From NCBI RefSeq assembly GCF_009914755.1, contig NC_060935.1: a stretch of DNA of 64,000 nt, one strand, 5' to 3'. The notes under the pieces were generated by a model. The model was given only the letters and a program-made list of their open reading frames with translations. It made no database searches and had not been told where the DNA came from. Positions 30,190 to 50,640 of the stretch are shown in pieces; position 1 is the stretch's first letter, and every line of letters starts with the position of its first letter. Source of the stretch: the human T2T-CHM13v2.0 reference genome, Homo sapiens. Position numbers and translations under genes: made by a program.

Positions 30190-30684
30190 ACTTTGATTTT
30201 TTTTTTTTGCTTGAAAACTTTATTAAAATAAGGATTAAACCTGAAAAAAGAGCAATCAGAATGCCAGCCCTTAGCATAAAAGCAGCAAGAAAAAGGAAAG
30301 AGAGAAAGGGAGAGAGAAAGAGAGAAAGATAGAGAAAGAGAGAGAGACAGAGAAAGAAGGAAAGAAAAAGGAAGGGAAGGGGAGGGTGAGGGAGGGGGGA
30401 GGAGGGAAGGGGGAGGGGGGAGGAGGGAAGGGGGAGGGGGGAGGGGGAAGGGAAGGGAGGGAAGGGAAGGGTGGGAGGGGAGGGGGGAGCGGAAGGGAAG
30501 GGTCAGAGAGGAGGGGGAGGGGGAGGGGGAGGGAGAGAGGGAGGAGAGAGGGAGGGGAAAGGGAGGGGAAGGGAAGGGTGAGAAGGGAAGGGGAGGGGAG
30601 GGGTGGGGAAAAGGGAGGGGAAGGGCAGGGGAAGGGGAGGGGAAGGGAAGGGAAAAAGAGAAAGAGAGAACAAGAGAAAAAGAA
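30190..30684 (-). other. Nested retro-insertion: about 90 nt of non-L1 3'-UTR-like sequence with AATAAA and A12 tail, plus a low-complexity tract
   Basis: Minus strand reads ...ccttattttAATAAAgttttcaagcAAAAAAAAAAAA (signal 30219-30224, tail 30197-30208). TSD ggaa(a/g)tttg(c/t)ctt at 30177-30189 and 30685-30697 interrupts the L1 3' end. Confidence 0.75.
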
Positions 30685-30686
30685 GG
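30290..30686 (+). repeat. About 400-bp polypurine (GA/GGGA/GGGGA) low-complexity tract
   Basis: Almost exclusively A/G on the + strand with many G3-G6 runs. Confidence 0.97.
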
Positions 30687-33600
30687 AAGTTTGTCTTTCT
30701 GTGCCTGGCTTGTTTCAGTTAACCTAATGATTTCCAGGTCCATCCATCTTATCGCAAATGACAGGATCTCATTCTTTTTATGGCTGAATAGTACCCCATT
30801 GTGTATATGTACCACATTTTCTTTATTCATTTGTCTGTTGATGGACACTTAGGTTTCTTCCAAATCTTGGCTATTGTGAAGGGTACTACAATAAACATGG
30901 GAGTGCAGGTATCTCTTCCATATACTTACTTCCCTTCTTTTGGACATATACTTAAGAGTAGGATTGCTGGGTTGTATGGTAGCTCTATTTTTAGTTTTCT
31001 GAGGAACCTACAAACTATTCCCCATATTGGTTGTACTAATTTACATTCCCACCAACAATGTACAAGGGTTCCCTTTGCTCCAGATTTTCTCCAGTATTTA
31101 TTATTACCTGTCTCTTGGGATAAAAGCCATTTTAACTGAGGTGAGATGCTATTGTATTGTACTTTTGATTTGCATTTCTCTGATGATCAAAGATATTAAG
31201 CATTTTTTCATATACCTGTTTGCCATTTCTCTTCTTGTGAGAAATATCTACTCAGACCTTTTGTCCATTTTAAAATCAGATTATTAGATTTTTTTTTTCC
31301 TATTGAGTTGTTTGAGCTCCTTACATATTCTGGTTATTAATCTCTTGTTAGATGGGTAGTTTGCAAATATTTTCTCCCATTCTGTGGGTTGTCTCTTCAC
31401 TTTGCTAATTGTTTCCTTTGCTGTGCAGAAGATTTTTAACTTGATGTGATCCCATTTGTCCATTTTCACTTTCATTGCCTGTGCTTGTGGGATGTTACTC
31501 AAGAAATCTGCCCACTCCAATGTCCTGAAGAGTTTCTCTAATGTTTTCTTTTAGTGGTTTCATAGTTTGAGGTCTTAGATTTAAGTCTTTAACCCATTTT
31601 AATTTGATTTTCCTATATGATGACATAGTGGTCTAGTTTCTTTCTTCTGCATATCCAGTTTTCCCAGCATATGCATATCCAGTTTTCCCAGCATCATTTA
31701 TTGAAGAGACTGTCCTTTCCCAAATGTATGTTCTTGGCACCTTTGTCAAAATTGAGTTAACTATAGATGTATGGCTATATTCTGGGTTCTCTGTTCTGTT
31801 CCACTGGTCAATGTGTTGGTCTTTATGCCAGTACCACGTTATTTTGGTTACTATAGCTCTGTAGTATAATTTGAAGTCAGGTATTGTAATTCCTTGAGTT
31901 TTGTTCTTTTTGCTCTATAGTTTTAGCTATTCTGGGTCTTTTGTGATTCTGTATACATTTTAAGGTTATGTTTTATATTTCTGTGAAGAATGTCATTGGT
32001 ATTTTGATAGGAATTGCATTGAATCTGTAGTTTGCTTTGGGTAGTATGGATGTTTTAACAATATTGATTCTTCCAATCCATCAACATGAAATATATTTCC
32101 ATTTTTTGTGTCTTCTTCAAAACATGAAATATATTTCCATTTTTTGTGTCTTCTTCAATTTCTTGAATCAATGTTATATACCTTTCATTGTAGAGATCTT
32201 TCACTTATTTGGTCAAGTTCATTGCTAGGTATTTAATTTTATTCCTCTGACTGTGTATTTTCAAGTAGCTTGTCTTCAAGCTCACTAATTCTTTCTTCGG
32301 CTTGATCAATTCTGCTATTAAAGAGACTGATGCATTCTTCAGTATGTCAATTACATTTTTCAATTTTAGAATTTCTGCTTGAGGTTTTTAATTATTTCAA
32401 TTTCTTTGTTAAATGTACCTGACAGAATTCTGAATTCCTTTTCTGTGTTATCTCAGATTTCTTAATTTCCTCAAAACAGCAATTTTCAGTTCTCTGTCTG
32501 AAAGGTCACATATCTCTGTTTCTCCAGGATTAGTCGCTGGTGCTTTATTTCGTTCATTTGGTGAAGTCACATTTTCCTGGATGATCTTGATGCTAGTTGA
32601 TGTTCACTTGTGTCTGTGCATGAAGAGTTCAGAATTTATTGCAGTCTTCATAGTTTGGGCTTGTTTGTACTTGTCCTTCTTGGGAAGGCTTTCCAGGTAT
32701 TTGAAAGGGCCTCGGTGTTGTGATCTAAGCCCTAGATCTAATGCCACCTGCATTAGCTCTGCACTGGGGGCACCCAAGCCCAGTAATGCTGTGGTTTTTA
32801 CACACCCATAGAGGTACCACCTTGGTGGTCTTGGATAAGACCCAGAAGAATTATCTGGATTACCAGGCAGAGACTTTTTCTCTTCCCTTACTTTCTCCCA
32901 AACAATGGGAGTCTCTCTCTCTGTGCTGAGCCACCTGGGGCTTGGGATAGAGGGACACAAACAACCCTGTGGCCACCAACACTAGGACAGTGCTGGGTCA
33001 GACCTAAAGCCAGTACAACACTGGGTCTTGCTCAAGACCTGCTGTAACCACTGCCTAGCTACTGCCTTTGTTTTCTTAAGGCCCTTGGGCTCTAAAAGCA
33101 GCAGGTGGCAAAGTTAGCCAGGCTTGTATCCTTTGCTTCACTGCAGTGAGTTACCCCAAGGCCCAGAGATGCCATCTGATAGCTAAGGACTGGAATAAAA
33201 AAACTTGGAAGTCTACGTGGTTTTCTATTCTAGTGTGGTTGAGCTGGCCCTGAAACCATGATACACCTTCCTACTCTTCCCTCCCCTTTCCACAGGCAGA
33301 GGAGGCTCACCCTGTGGCCACCACCACCATAGGCCCACAGGGACATCAAACAGGCTACCGCTGATGTTCACTTAAGGCCCAAGGGCTCTTCAGTCCACTT
33401 GCGTGAATGCTGCCAGGCCTGGGGCTTATCCTTTGGGGCAATGGGCTGCCCTCTGGCCCAGGGCAGGTCCAGAAATGCTACACAAGAGCAAGGCCTAGAA
33501 TCAGGAACCTCAATGGCCTACTTATTGCTCTACCTTACTGGGGCTGAGCTGGTACCTAAGGTGTAAGACAAAGGCCCTTTTACTTTCCCCTCTGCTTTTC

Positions 33601-34917
33601 TCAACCAGATGAAGTCGCTCACTGTAGCCTCCACAACTGAGATTGCTGAGTCTCACTTGAAGCCAGTGCATCTTAGAGTCTTGCTTAAGGCCCACAGAAT
33701 AGTAGCTGGGTATCGCTGGTGGTTATTCAGGGCCCAAGGGCTCTTTAGGTGATGGGTCCAGCTAGGACTGGATCCTTCCCTTCAATACAGTAGGTTCCCC
33801 TTGTGGCCCATGGTGTGTCTAGAAATGTCTGGGAACTAGTGCCTGAAATGGGGGCCTCATGACTCTGACTGGTGCCCTATCCTACTGTGGCTGAGCTGGT
33901 ATCCAAGATGCAAGACAAAGTCCTCTTTACTTTTCCCTCTCTTCTCCTTAAGCGAAAGGAAGAAGTCTCTTTTGGAGATGTAAGTTGCACTGCCTGGGGT
34001 TGAGGGAGGGGTGCTGCAAGCATTCCCTTAGCTGCCCAAGTTGGTATCTCAGTAAGTTGTGTCTCCCACAAGTCCACTGGCTCCAGGCCCAGCTCAGCAC
34101 TAAAACTTGCAGTACTTGTGGCCTGGACTGACTTTCAAGTTTATTTAAGACTCCAGAGCACTTTAGTCCATGGTGGCAAGGTTTGGCAGAACTCAAGTTC
34201 TGAACACTGGCATGGGTGATTCCCCTCTGCCTAGGGCTGGTCTAAATGCTCCCTCTGTGTGAGTGTCAGCTGAATTCAGCCTGGTTTTGCTTTCTGCTAT
34301 GACAGGACAGCACTGAGTTCAATACAAAGTCTCACAATCACTGCAGTCTCCTTCTCTCCAGTGTACAAATTTCTCCATGCTTTGCAGCTACTACAGGGGG
34401 AATTGGGAAGGTATAGTGTCAACAATTGAGGACTGTCTTTCCCACAGTCTTCAGTGCCTCTTTCAGCGATATGAAGTTTAAATCAGATACTGTGAGTATT
34501 CACCTGATTCTGGTTCTTATGGAGGTATTTGTGTGTGTGTGTGTGCATGTGCACACGTGCTTGTTGAATTTGGTGTCCCTGTGAAGGAGACAGTCAGTGG
34601 AAACTTCTGTTCTGCCATCTTGATCCACCCCTCAATAATTCATTTTTTAAAGGAGACCATCTTAACCCATAAATCCTACAATTTTTATATATCTACGGAA
34701 TTACTATCTTTTATTTTCAGAATAAATATAGATTTAAAAAAGGCCTCCCCTAGTCCCTCTTCCAGAAGTCAAATTTGTCACATGCTTCCAAGTCCACCTC
34801 TCATGCCACATCTTTTCTGAAAGTATCCCCAGTCCTCAGCAGAATAATACATTTTATTCCTTTAGAACACCAATAAAATTTGGTTTTTATATATCTTATA
34901 CTAAACTCATTTACGTT

Positions 34918-37740
<2,823 letters not shown>

Positions 37741-38937
37741 ATAAATAAAATCCAAATCTAATAAAATAAATATCTCAATAGTGTTATTACCCAATGCCTA
37801 GATTAGCACTTAAACACAGTATGTGACTGGTAATTATTTATTGAAAATGAAAGTAATGAATAAACATATAAAAAATTTAGCATGGTACCTAGCACATATT
37901 AGGCATTCAACTAATATCAGTCCCTGTCCCTTCTTTCATAGCAAATTCCTAAAGACATTCTCTCTGATCTTGGTCTTCTTTCATATGAATAACTCCAGAT
38001 GGAGTCAATTGCTGATACTGTTGATTAATTTACAACAATTTTCCACATATATATCGTTATTTTGAATTATGAATAGACAAATTCCAAACAATCATTTGCT
38101 GAACAAGTTTTTTGTGTCAACTGCAACAAATATGTGAGACCTATAATACTGCTCCCATTTTATAGATGCAGAAGCTGAACACAGATAAGTTACGTGACTT
38201 ACTCAGTTATGTGACAAAGATATAATTAAAATCAGGTTTTCAGACTTTATCTTCAATACCCTTTCCCCTACATTTAGCTACCATTGCACTGTCATAGGCA
38301 ACTACAACAGTCCTCATCTGGGCTCTCTCTGATCGTCAAAGGACCTTATATTAAGCAGAGGGCTGAAATATGCCCGACTGGATATGAGGCGATGACACTA
38401 ATTATGGAATTTGGTAAGGGAAAAAGAGAGAAGCACGAAGTTGCCCTTTGATGACAGCATAAAAAGCTATCCAATATTAAACTCTGACTATCACAGGAAA
38501 ATATAACATTAAAAATGCTTTGGACAATCTTAAGAACAGCATTATCTTAATAGACAGCTTTCATAGACTCCAACACATGTGCACCTATGCATGTGCATGC
38601 CCTCCATCCCAACACATACTCACAGCTAAATCAGCAGTCTCACAGCGATTTTGCTTCAACTGATTTATCTTTTTCCAACTTGAAAGTCATGTTACCCATT
38701 TCAAAGCTTGAAAAATGCATCAAAACTTATTTATATCCATTTTAACCCAAATTTAAGATGACAGAGTTAAATTCTCATCTTTCCACTTTAAAAGATGTTT
38801 GCAAAAATAAACACAAATCATTTAAAACTTATTAATAGGGAGGCAGCAGCATTGATTTGCAGTTTGAAAACATTTTCCTAGCAAACTACATATAGCTCCA
38901 ACACTAAGAATTTAGAATATTAGAATCTCATAGAATC

Positions 38938-40400
38938 TAATGTTGACAGTGGGGTGTTAAAATCTCCCACTATTATTGTGTGGGAGTCTAAGTCTCTTTG
39001 TAGGTCTGTAAGGACTTGCTTTATGAATCTGGGTGCTCCTGTATTGGGTGCATATATATTTAGGATAGTTAGCTCTTCTTGTTGAATTGATCCCTTTACC
39101 ATTACGTAATGGCCTTCTTTGTCTCTTTTGATCTTTGTTGGTTTAAAGTCTGTTTTATCAGAGACTAGGATTGCAACTCCTGCCTTTTTTGTTTTCCATT
39201 TGCTTGGTAGCTCTTCCTCCATCCCTTTATTTTGAGCCTATGTGTGTCTCTGCACATGAGATGGGTCTCCTGAATACAGCACACTGATGGGTCTTGACTC
39301 TTTATCCAATTTGCCAGTCTGTGTCTTTTATTGGAGCATTTAGCCCATTTACATTTAAGGTTAATATTGTTATGTGTGAATTTGATCCTGTCATTATGAA
39401 TTTAGCTGGTTATTTTGCTCATTAGTTGCTGCAGTTTCTTCCTAGCATCGATGGTCTTTACAATTTGGCATGTTTTTGCAGTGGCTGGTAACAGCTGTTC
39501 CTTTCCATGTTTAGTGCTTCCTTCAGGATGTCTCAGCATTTGCTTGTCTGTAAAGGATTTTATTTCTCCTTCAGTTATGAAGCTTAGTTTGGCTGGATAT
39601 GAAATTCTGGGTTGAAAATTCTTTTCTTTAAGAATGTTGAATATCGGCCCCCACTCTCTTCTGGCTTATAGAGTTTCTGCTGAGAGATCAGCTGTTAGTC
39701 TGATGGGCTTCCCTTTGTGGGTAACCCGACCTTTATCTCTGGCTGCCCTTAACATTTTTTCCTTCATTTCAACTTTGGTGAATCTGACAATTATGTGTTT
39801 TGGAGTTGCTCTTCTCAAGGAGTATCTTTGTGGTGCTCTCTGTATTTCCTGAATTTGAATGTTGGCCTGCCTTGCTAGGTTGGGGAAGTTCTCCTGGATA
39901 ATAACCTGCAGAGTCTTTTCCAACGTGGTTCCATTCTTCCTGTCACTTTCAGGCACACCAATCAGACGTAGATTTGGTCTTTTCACATAGTCCCATATTT
40001 CTTGGAGGCTTTGTTCATTTCTTTTTACTCTTTTTTCTCTAAACTTCTCTTCTCACTTCATTTCATTCATTTGATCTTCAATCACTGATACCCTTTCTTC
40101 CAGTTGATCAAATTGGCTACTGAAGCTTATGTGTTCATCACATAGTTCTCGTGCCATGGTTTTCTGCTCCATCGGGTCATTTAAGGACTTCTCTACAATG
40201 GTTATTCTAGTTAGCCATTCGTCTAATCTTTTTTCAAGGTTTTAACTTCTTTGCGATGTGTTCGAACTTCCTCCTTTAGCTCGGAGAAGTTTGATCGTCT
40301 GAAGCCTTCTTCTCTCAACTCATCAAAGTCATTCTCTGTCCAGCTTTGTTCCTTGCTGGAGAGGAGCTGCGTTCCTTTGGAGGGGGAGAGGCGCTCTGAT
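38938..40400 (-). mobile_element. Inverted 5' segment (most of ORF1 and the ORF2 endonuclease start) of a twin-primed L1PA
   Basis: ORF1 peptide MKRPNLRLIGVPESD and EN peptide KKAGVAILVSDKTDFKPTKIKRDKEGH on the minus strand. Confidence 0.95.
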
Positions 40401-43942
<3,542 letters not shown>

Positions 43943-44473
43943 AGAATCTCATAGAATCAGGGGACCTACTGAAAGTTGTTCCTACCTGCTCCACCAAAAG
44001 GTTGTGGCATATCACTCCTGTGATCAGAGCATATGCTTCTGCCAGTCTATTTCACTGTTAGAAACACGGTTTTTCTTAAGGATCTTCTACTGTGCTGAAA
44101 CTATTCTTTTAACTTTTGTACAAAGATCCTCTTTAACCTCCGGGAGCCAAAGAGAATAAGTATTTATGATATCCAACACATATTCAAAAATAGTGCACAT
44201 TTGTTGAATACCTTAAAAAAGGAAACCTAGTTATATTTTTACCTCTAGGGTAGAATTCAAATTGCAATTTACAAATTCATGTTCATCTTCTAATTACTAC
44301 ATTGAGGGCCTCATGTTTGTAACAAGGACCTTTGGCTCATAGTTCTTTTCAGCCTCATAACAGTCCTGTGACATACTATTGTTTTCATTTTAAAAAGATG
44401 AACTCTGGTAATTTGTCAAAGTTGTTGGAGAGACCGTACCAATTGATAAATGAATATCTCATTTTATGTATTA

Positions 44474-44515
44474 AAATTAAGGGCAAAACCCACAATTACT
44501 TTTGCACTAACCTAT
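44474..44515 (+). mobile_element. MADE1 half
   Basis: ggcaaaacccacaattacttttgcactaaccta. Confidence 0.75.
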
Positions 44516-44724
44516 AGTATGTAAGTGCCAGAACAATTTTTTTGTCCTGATTCTCCATCTAGGTAATTGGAAACACTAGCTATCTGACACATGAATGATT
44601 TAAACCATTGCTTTCTAAAATTTGAGCTTTTAACTAAATCAGAACTAAATTCAAGTAGCATCTGCAACTTACTAAACTCATCTTCAAAAGGGACACTTAT
44701 TATTTGATAGCACAACAGAGCCAT

Positions 44725-44930
44725 CATACTTAATAATAATTTAATTGTACATTTTAAAAGGGTCTAACTGGATTGTTTGTAACACAAAAAGTAAATACTT
44801 GAGGGAATGGATACCCCATTTTCCATGATGTGATTATCACACATTGCATGCCTGTATCAAAACATCTCACGTACTCCATAAATACATACTCCTACTATGT
44901 ACCCACAAAAATTGAAATAAAAATTTAAAA
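44725..44930 (+). mobile_element. L1MA-type 3' end
   Basis: ggataccccattttccatgatgtgatt...cctactatgtacccacaaaaatt. Confidence 0.8.
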
Positions 44931-45604
44931 ACACAGAAGGGACATCATAACACCTATTCCACAGGATTGTTCTGGAAAATAAGTGAAATATCACAGTTTA
45001 AGCACTTAATACTGAGAATACAAGTAAATGTGAATTCTGTTAGTTTCATTTTGCTTTCAGAAATTTTCACTTTTTAAATCACTGTTATTAAGTGATAAAT
45101 AGTGGCAGAAGTATTTACAGCATTTCTACTACATAAAAGCATTAATTAAAGGTTTGTTTGTTTTAAAAAGGTAATAGAAACACCTCAGTTCAGTGAGATT
45201 TGCAGATTGCATTAAGGCTATCCTATCAGGTGAGTGAGAGATAGCGGTCCTGCCTAGAAAATGAATTTCCATTTTAGTAAACTCACCCTATGTATAAACT
45301 AAAGGCAAGTTGTTCATACTGTTCTGCTGAAGTGGTAGTGGCAAAGATAAATGAGCAGTTTGAGCTTACAGCTTAAATTCTTTACAGTTTATTGATACAC
45401 AAAAGAGAGATACTGTGCAATAACACAATTAACTCTATAAGGCTAATGAAAATCTTTCATTTGCATCAATGGGACGGTAGCATTTATTCTTATTAGATAC
45501 AGGAAATCCTAGCAATATGGACTAATCTACTAAGAGAACTTACTAGAGACTTGTATCATGAAGAAATTTCCACACTTTCTGTAGAAGTGATATACCTTCT
45601 CTTG

Positions 45605-45972
45605 GGATTTCAGTCTGCTCAGGCTGCTATACCAAAACACCATAGACTGGGTGGCTTAAACAACAGGAATTTATTCCTCATAGTTATGGAGGCTGGAAAG
45701 TCCAAGATCAAGATGCCAGCCAATTCACTTCCCAGGTGAGGGCTCTCTTCCTAGCTTACAAGTGGCTGCCATCTTAGTGTGTCCTCAAAGAGGAAAGAAA
45801 GCAAGCTCAAGTCACTTCTTCTTATAATGATGCTAATTCCATCATTGAAGTCCCCACCTTCAAGACCTCATCTAAACTTGATTAACTCCAAAATACTCTA
45901 CCTCTAAATAATATCACATTAAGTAGGGCTTCAACTATGAATTTTGGGGGGTCATAAATATTCAGTTCACAC
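45605..45972 (-). mobile_element. MLT1A-type MaLR solo LTR
   Basis: catagactgggtggcttaaacaacag...ggaggctggaaagtccaagatcaag...agggcttcaactatgaattttgggggg. Confidence 0.85.
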
Positions 45973-48300
45973 TGTTTGTAAAAATCAAAAACACCAATCT
46001 GTTTGCAGTTGCCACCACTCTTCAGAAATTAAATATCGATAGGGACAAAAACCTCAAAACACTTTGAAAAATTCAGCAAGACACATCATTAATATTAACT
46101 TCTGCTTAGCAACTAAAAGTATTTTAGCCTTCTAACTGTCTTCAGAATATGCCACAACACTAAAAGAAATGTTCTCTGAATATAGAAGAAAAATAATTCA
46201 GGCTGCCGTATTAGAATATAAAAATAGACATTTGGGGTTCAGTTTCATAGTATTGGTCACAGACATCCCACGAGTCATTCTGGCTTTCAGAAATATTGTC
46301 ATCTTTATAAATTCCATATTGTAATTCAGAGTATGCAGATGGAAGCATCTTTAAGAATCTTTGAGGCCCCATGAAGATGACACAAATAATGCATTTCGGA
46401 AAGCTATTTATCTCCCTCCCTCCTTTTATTTCTCTATCCTTCCTTCACAGTCTTTGGCATACAATGCAATTCTAATAACCTAAAAGAATAAATCCAAATA
46501 AATAAGCATTTTATCTATTTCTAGTAAGCGTTGGATACACAATGTTTATGTACATAAAAATGCCTGCAGATATACAACACACACACTCACACAGACACAC
46601 GCGCTTCCCATATAGGACCAGATATACCTGTTTGGAAAGTAATAATAGCTAATATGTACATTTACTACCATGAAGGAGACACTGTTTTAAGCACTTTACA
46701 TAAATCTCATTTAAAAGCTCACAAAATAAAACTATAAAGTGATAAAATTAGTCTCTTATTTACAGATGATAAAATGAGGCAGAGAGATTAAATAACCCAT
46801 GAAAGGTGGAATGATGAGAAATCCAACTAGTGCACTCAAGATAGCACTGGGATTCCACAGCCTTGTCTGAATGGATTGAAAGAAACATATCTTACCCTTG
46901 CCTCTTCCTTATCTCCAACCAAAGTGCTCGCCAAAGGCAAACGTATAAATGAGGTTAAACCCTCTTCAGGTAATTTTTACAGCATTATGGTATTTTGAAA
47001 CTGACAATATAACTCCTGCCATAGAAAAGCTATTGGAACAGAATGCTTATCTGTGACTTTCACCTTACTTCCTACAGCATATAAATGAGTTCTTTTCTAT
47101 TCATTAAAATTGTTCTAAAAATACATGCTAATTTCCATAACATTTTAAAGGTTCTATGGAAGTCATGGCTCCTTATCAAATGAGTTGTAAATGTTTATTG
47201 AGTGAATGAATGAGTTGAATAAATTTTTGACTTAAGAAATTCTTATTTCCTAATTAGAAAACATTGTTGCTTTGTTTCCAACAAAATATCAGTAAAAGCA
47301 AATGATGTTGATGTTGATGGAGACTACTGAAGAGAACTAACATAAATCTTAAACAGTGCTCAATTTAAAAAGTGTGTGCACTGATCATTAAAAGAGAAAA
47401 TATGTAAATCTTGGGGAAAAATGAAGCAGTTACTCTTTACTAAATGGAACTGGCATTTCATGCTGCAAATGACGTAAAATGGCATATACATATTTATAAA
47501 ATTCCAACAATAACCTAAGTACCTAAGTACTTTGAAAGGCAACAAAACAAGGTGGAAGTGAAGCATTTCATTTTTCTGTGAAATCTATTTCATGCTGAAG
47601 TGATATCCTTGAGAATCTACTGCATTTTCTGGAGGCTGGCTGAAGGTCCAGTGAAGAAGAGAGGGCTTTAGTAGCTTCCTATCAAGTGGCAAGACAAATC
47701 AAAATTCTTGAGGCATAAAGCTGTGTAGCCCTAAAACTCTATGTCAGAAACATCTGTTTTCAGATGTTTGATGAGGTTGCCATATTCAGTTCCCCTTTGA
47801 CACTGTAGACTTGTCCTGTGCACCCTCTGATTCTAAGCTTAATTCTGTCCAGGGAAAAGACTCTGCTTCTTTATCAAAGTTTGTACTGATACCCATATTT
47901 ATACTTTCTATCTAGACATGTTGCCTGGTTTCCAGTTCCTATCATCTAGTCCCCTTGGGCCCACTCATATTCCCTGTGAGTGAGCCTGGATTTCCTACTT
48001 TGCTAATTGGCCTGAACTCTGCTTTTCCAGCTAGGCTTATAATACTTACATTTCCTTGCCAATATGAACTTTGTGTTGTTGTTTTTCAGATTTTTAACAT
48101 CAGGTTCCCTAATGTAATAGAATTTGGGTCCTGGTATTACCTGGTTGCCCTATCTTGTCTTACTGTTCCTTCTTCCCAATCTAAACCTGACAATGTTTAA
48201 TGCCATGGACATTTGCAAACCACACTTAGAGGCTGTGATGGGAATACTCCCCCTCTACCTTTACTCTGACAGAGAAAACTATTTTATCACTAACATTTTT

Positions 48301-48619
<319 letters not shown>

Positions 48620-50640
48620 TAAGATGATTTTTAAAACCAGATCAACTTTTATTCCACTTCACTGTTTAAAAAATATACCTCTTATTGCCTGCACCTGGGA
48701 CCACTGCTCCCACAATGCCTCTTTTGGTATGCCACTTTCCATAGGAGGAATGAAGACAGAGGTGCTGGCTGGTTTCTAACAAAGAGAAAAGATGGCAGAC
48801 GGGAGAATCTCCTACTTTACAGAATCAATAACTGTAGTTATACTGTCATGTCATTTTTAAACAGTTTCCACTCTTTGTTTCTATCATTTGATCTTTGTCT
48901 AGATCACAGCCTAAATTGTACAAAAACTATAGGCTTTAGAATCAGACAAGTCTCAGTTCAAATTCTGACTTGTGAGCTACATTATCTGGATTTAACCTTT
49001 CCAAAACTCAGTTTTCTTATCCGAAAATGTACATAATGCCACATGTTATTCAAGGAGGGATTATATGAGATCATATTTTATTCTTTTCTAAAAAGCTCTG
49101 GGCCTACTAGGTATGTGTGTATATATACACACACACACATACACACACACAAACATAATCACATAACACACATCCCTGTATGTCTAGATAGATACACCTG
49201 TCTGAGAAGTTCTAATGGCAGCTAATATTTACATTTACTACTATGTACCAGATGGTATTCTAAACTCTTTATAGGAAAGCTCACTGAAATGCTTATGATG
49301 TAACTGTGAGACTGATGCACTGAATATCTTTATTTTATGGGGTATAGAACTGGAGAAAAGTCAAGTTAAAGTGCTTAAAGGTGAAAAGATGGGGATGCTA
49401 AAGATTGTATTTAAAATAGCACTGGAACACTGCAACCATGGCAGAATGGAATCAGAGAAAGGCAAAGTCTTTCTCCCTGCTTATCTAAAATCAAAGGCTT
49501 TCCCAAAGACAAATGTAAAACAAAGCAAAATGTACATGAATTTGCTTCAATAGTCAATGCCATTATTATTGTTACTATTTATATGCCACTGATTTACAAA
49601 ATTAGATACTGGTTCTTTATGTTCATGTGAGAACAATCTGAGAAGCAAAATATTACGTATGTTGTTTATGTTGACTTTTACTGAAAATTTGCCTTTCTAA
49701 TTACAAGAGAAACAAAATTATAACCCAGGCTTTCTTCAATTTGCCTAGCTCTTACTTAGTATTCATACACCTGTAACATCTTGGCAGTTAAGCATTGGAA
49801 AGGCTTTCATTTTCTCAGTGCTTGATATATGCACAGCAAAATCCACAGCTTCTTCCTCAACCCTCTAGTTTATAGATAGCTTGATTATTTTAGCAGAATG
49901 GTCATATTATGTCTTAATTTATCTGAATTCTACCACTGAAATTATAATTCTTCACTCTATCATCTGCCTGATGATAGGAAAACATGGAGTAATGACATGA
50001 AGAAGAGAGGGGCAACCACAAATTTAGAGACTAGTATCTCATGTCGTAGCACACTATGAAAGCCCCATGTGGGCCACTCCATCTAGTTCTTTTCTCTTGG
50101 CATTTAGTTTTACCTGGCTTCCTTTCACATTTCTAACATAAAAGGTGGGCTGTACCTTATTTTTCTCTGTGGTATGGTTATTCTACATAATTACCCAAAT
50201 TCTATACATACTTTCAATCTAGCAAAACTCTTTTCATTTCATAAAATAAGACTTGTGGTCCTTACAAAAAATTCTACCACCTCTGGGATTCTTTGTTTCA
50301 ATAGCCATTAAAAATCTGGCAAATAGTTCATGGTTTAAAATAGCACTGTGTATATTTTCTAGAAAATACACTAGAATGTTTATGAAGATTACAAATCAGG
50401 CTGGTCAAATAGAAGTTTTCTAATTTATATCCCTCCTAATGCATTTCTCCTAATGTACTTTTTTTATCCTATACAGGACTAATATCATTTTGTCTTTCCC
50501 TCTCTGGCCAAACCATTACTGCTATGGATTTAGCATATATTGTATTTCCAGTCTGGATCTCCCAAACTCAACCTCCCTAATCCTGAATAAGCAGCCAAAG
50601 CTGCCCTATACACCTATCCTAGATACATGTACTTACTAGC

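Larger units (their letters stand above)
29867..34633 (-). mobile_element. L1M/L1MA element retaining 5' UTR, ORF1 start and 3' end, with a large internal deletion at about 32243
   Basis: 5' YY1 core gccatcttg at about 34615; ORF2 C-terminal peptide in ORF 31284-31520 ([19 protein letters not shown]); candidate TSD aa(g/t)aattcatttttt at about 29850-29864 and 34634-34648. Confidence 0.85.

Noticed and set aside
30153-30848. Pro/Ser-rich 231-aa and Gly/Arg-rich 113-aa ORFs
   Set aside because: Translation artefacts of the polypurine tract plus flanking L1.
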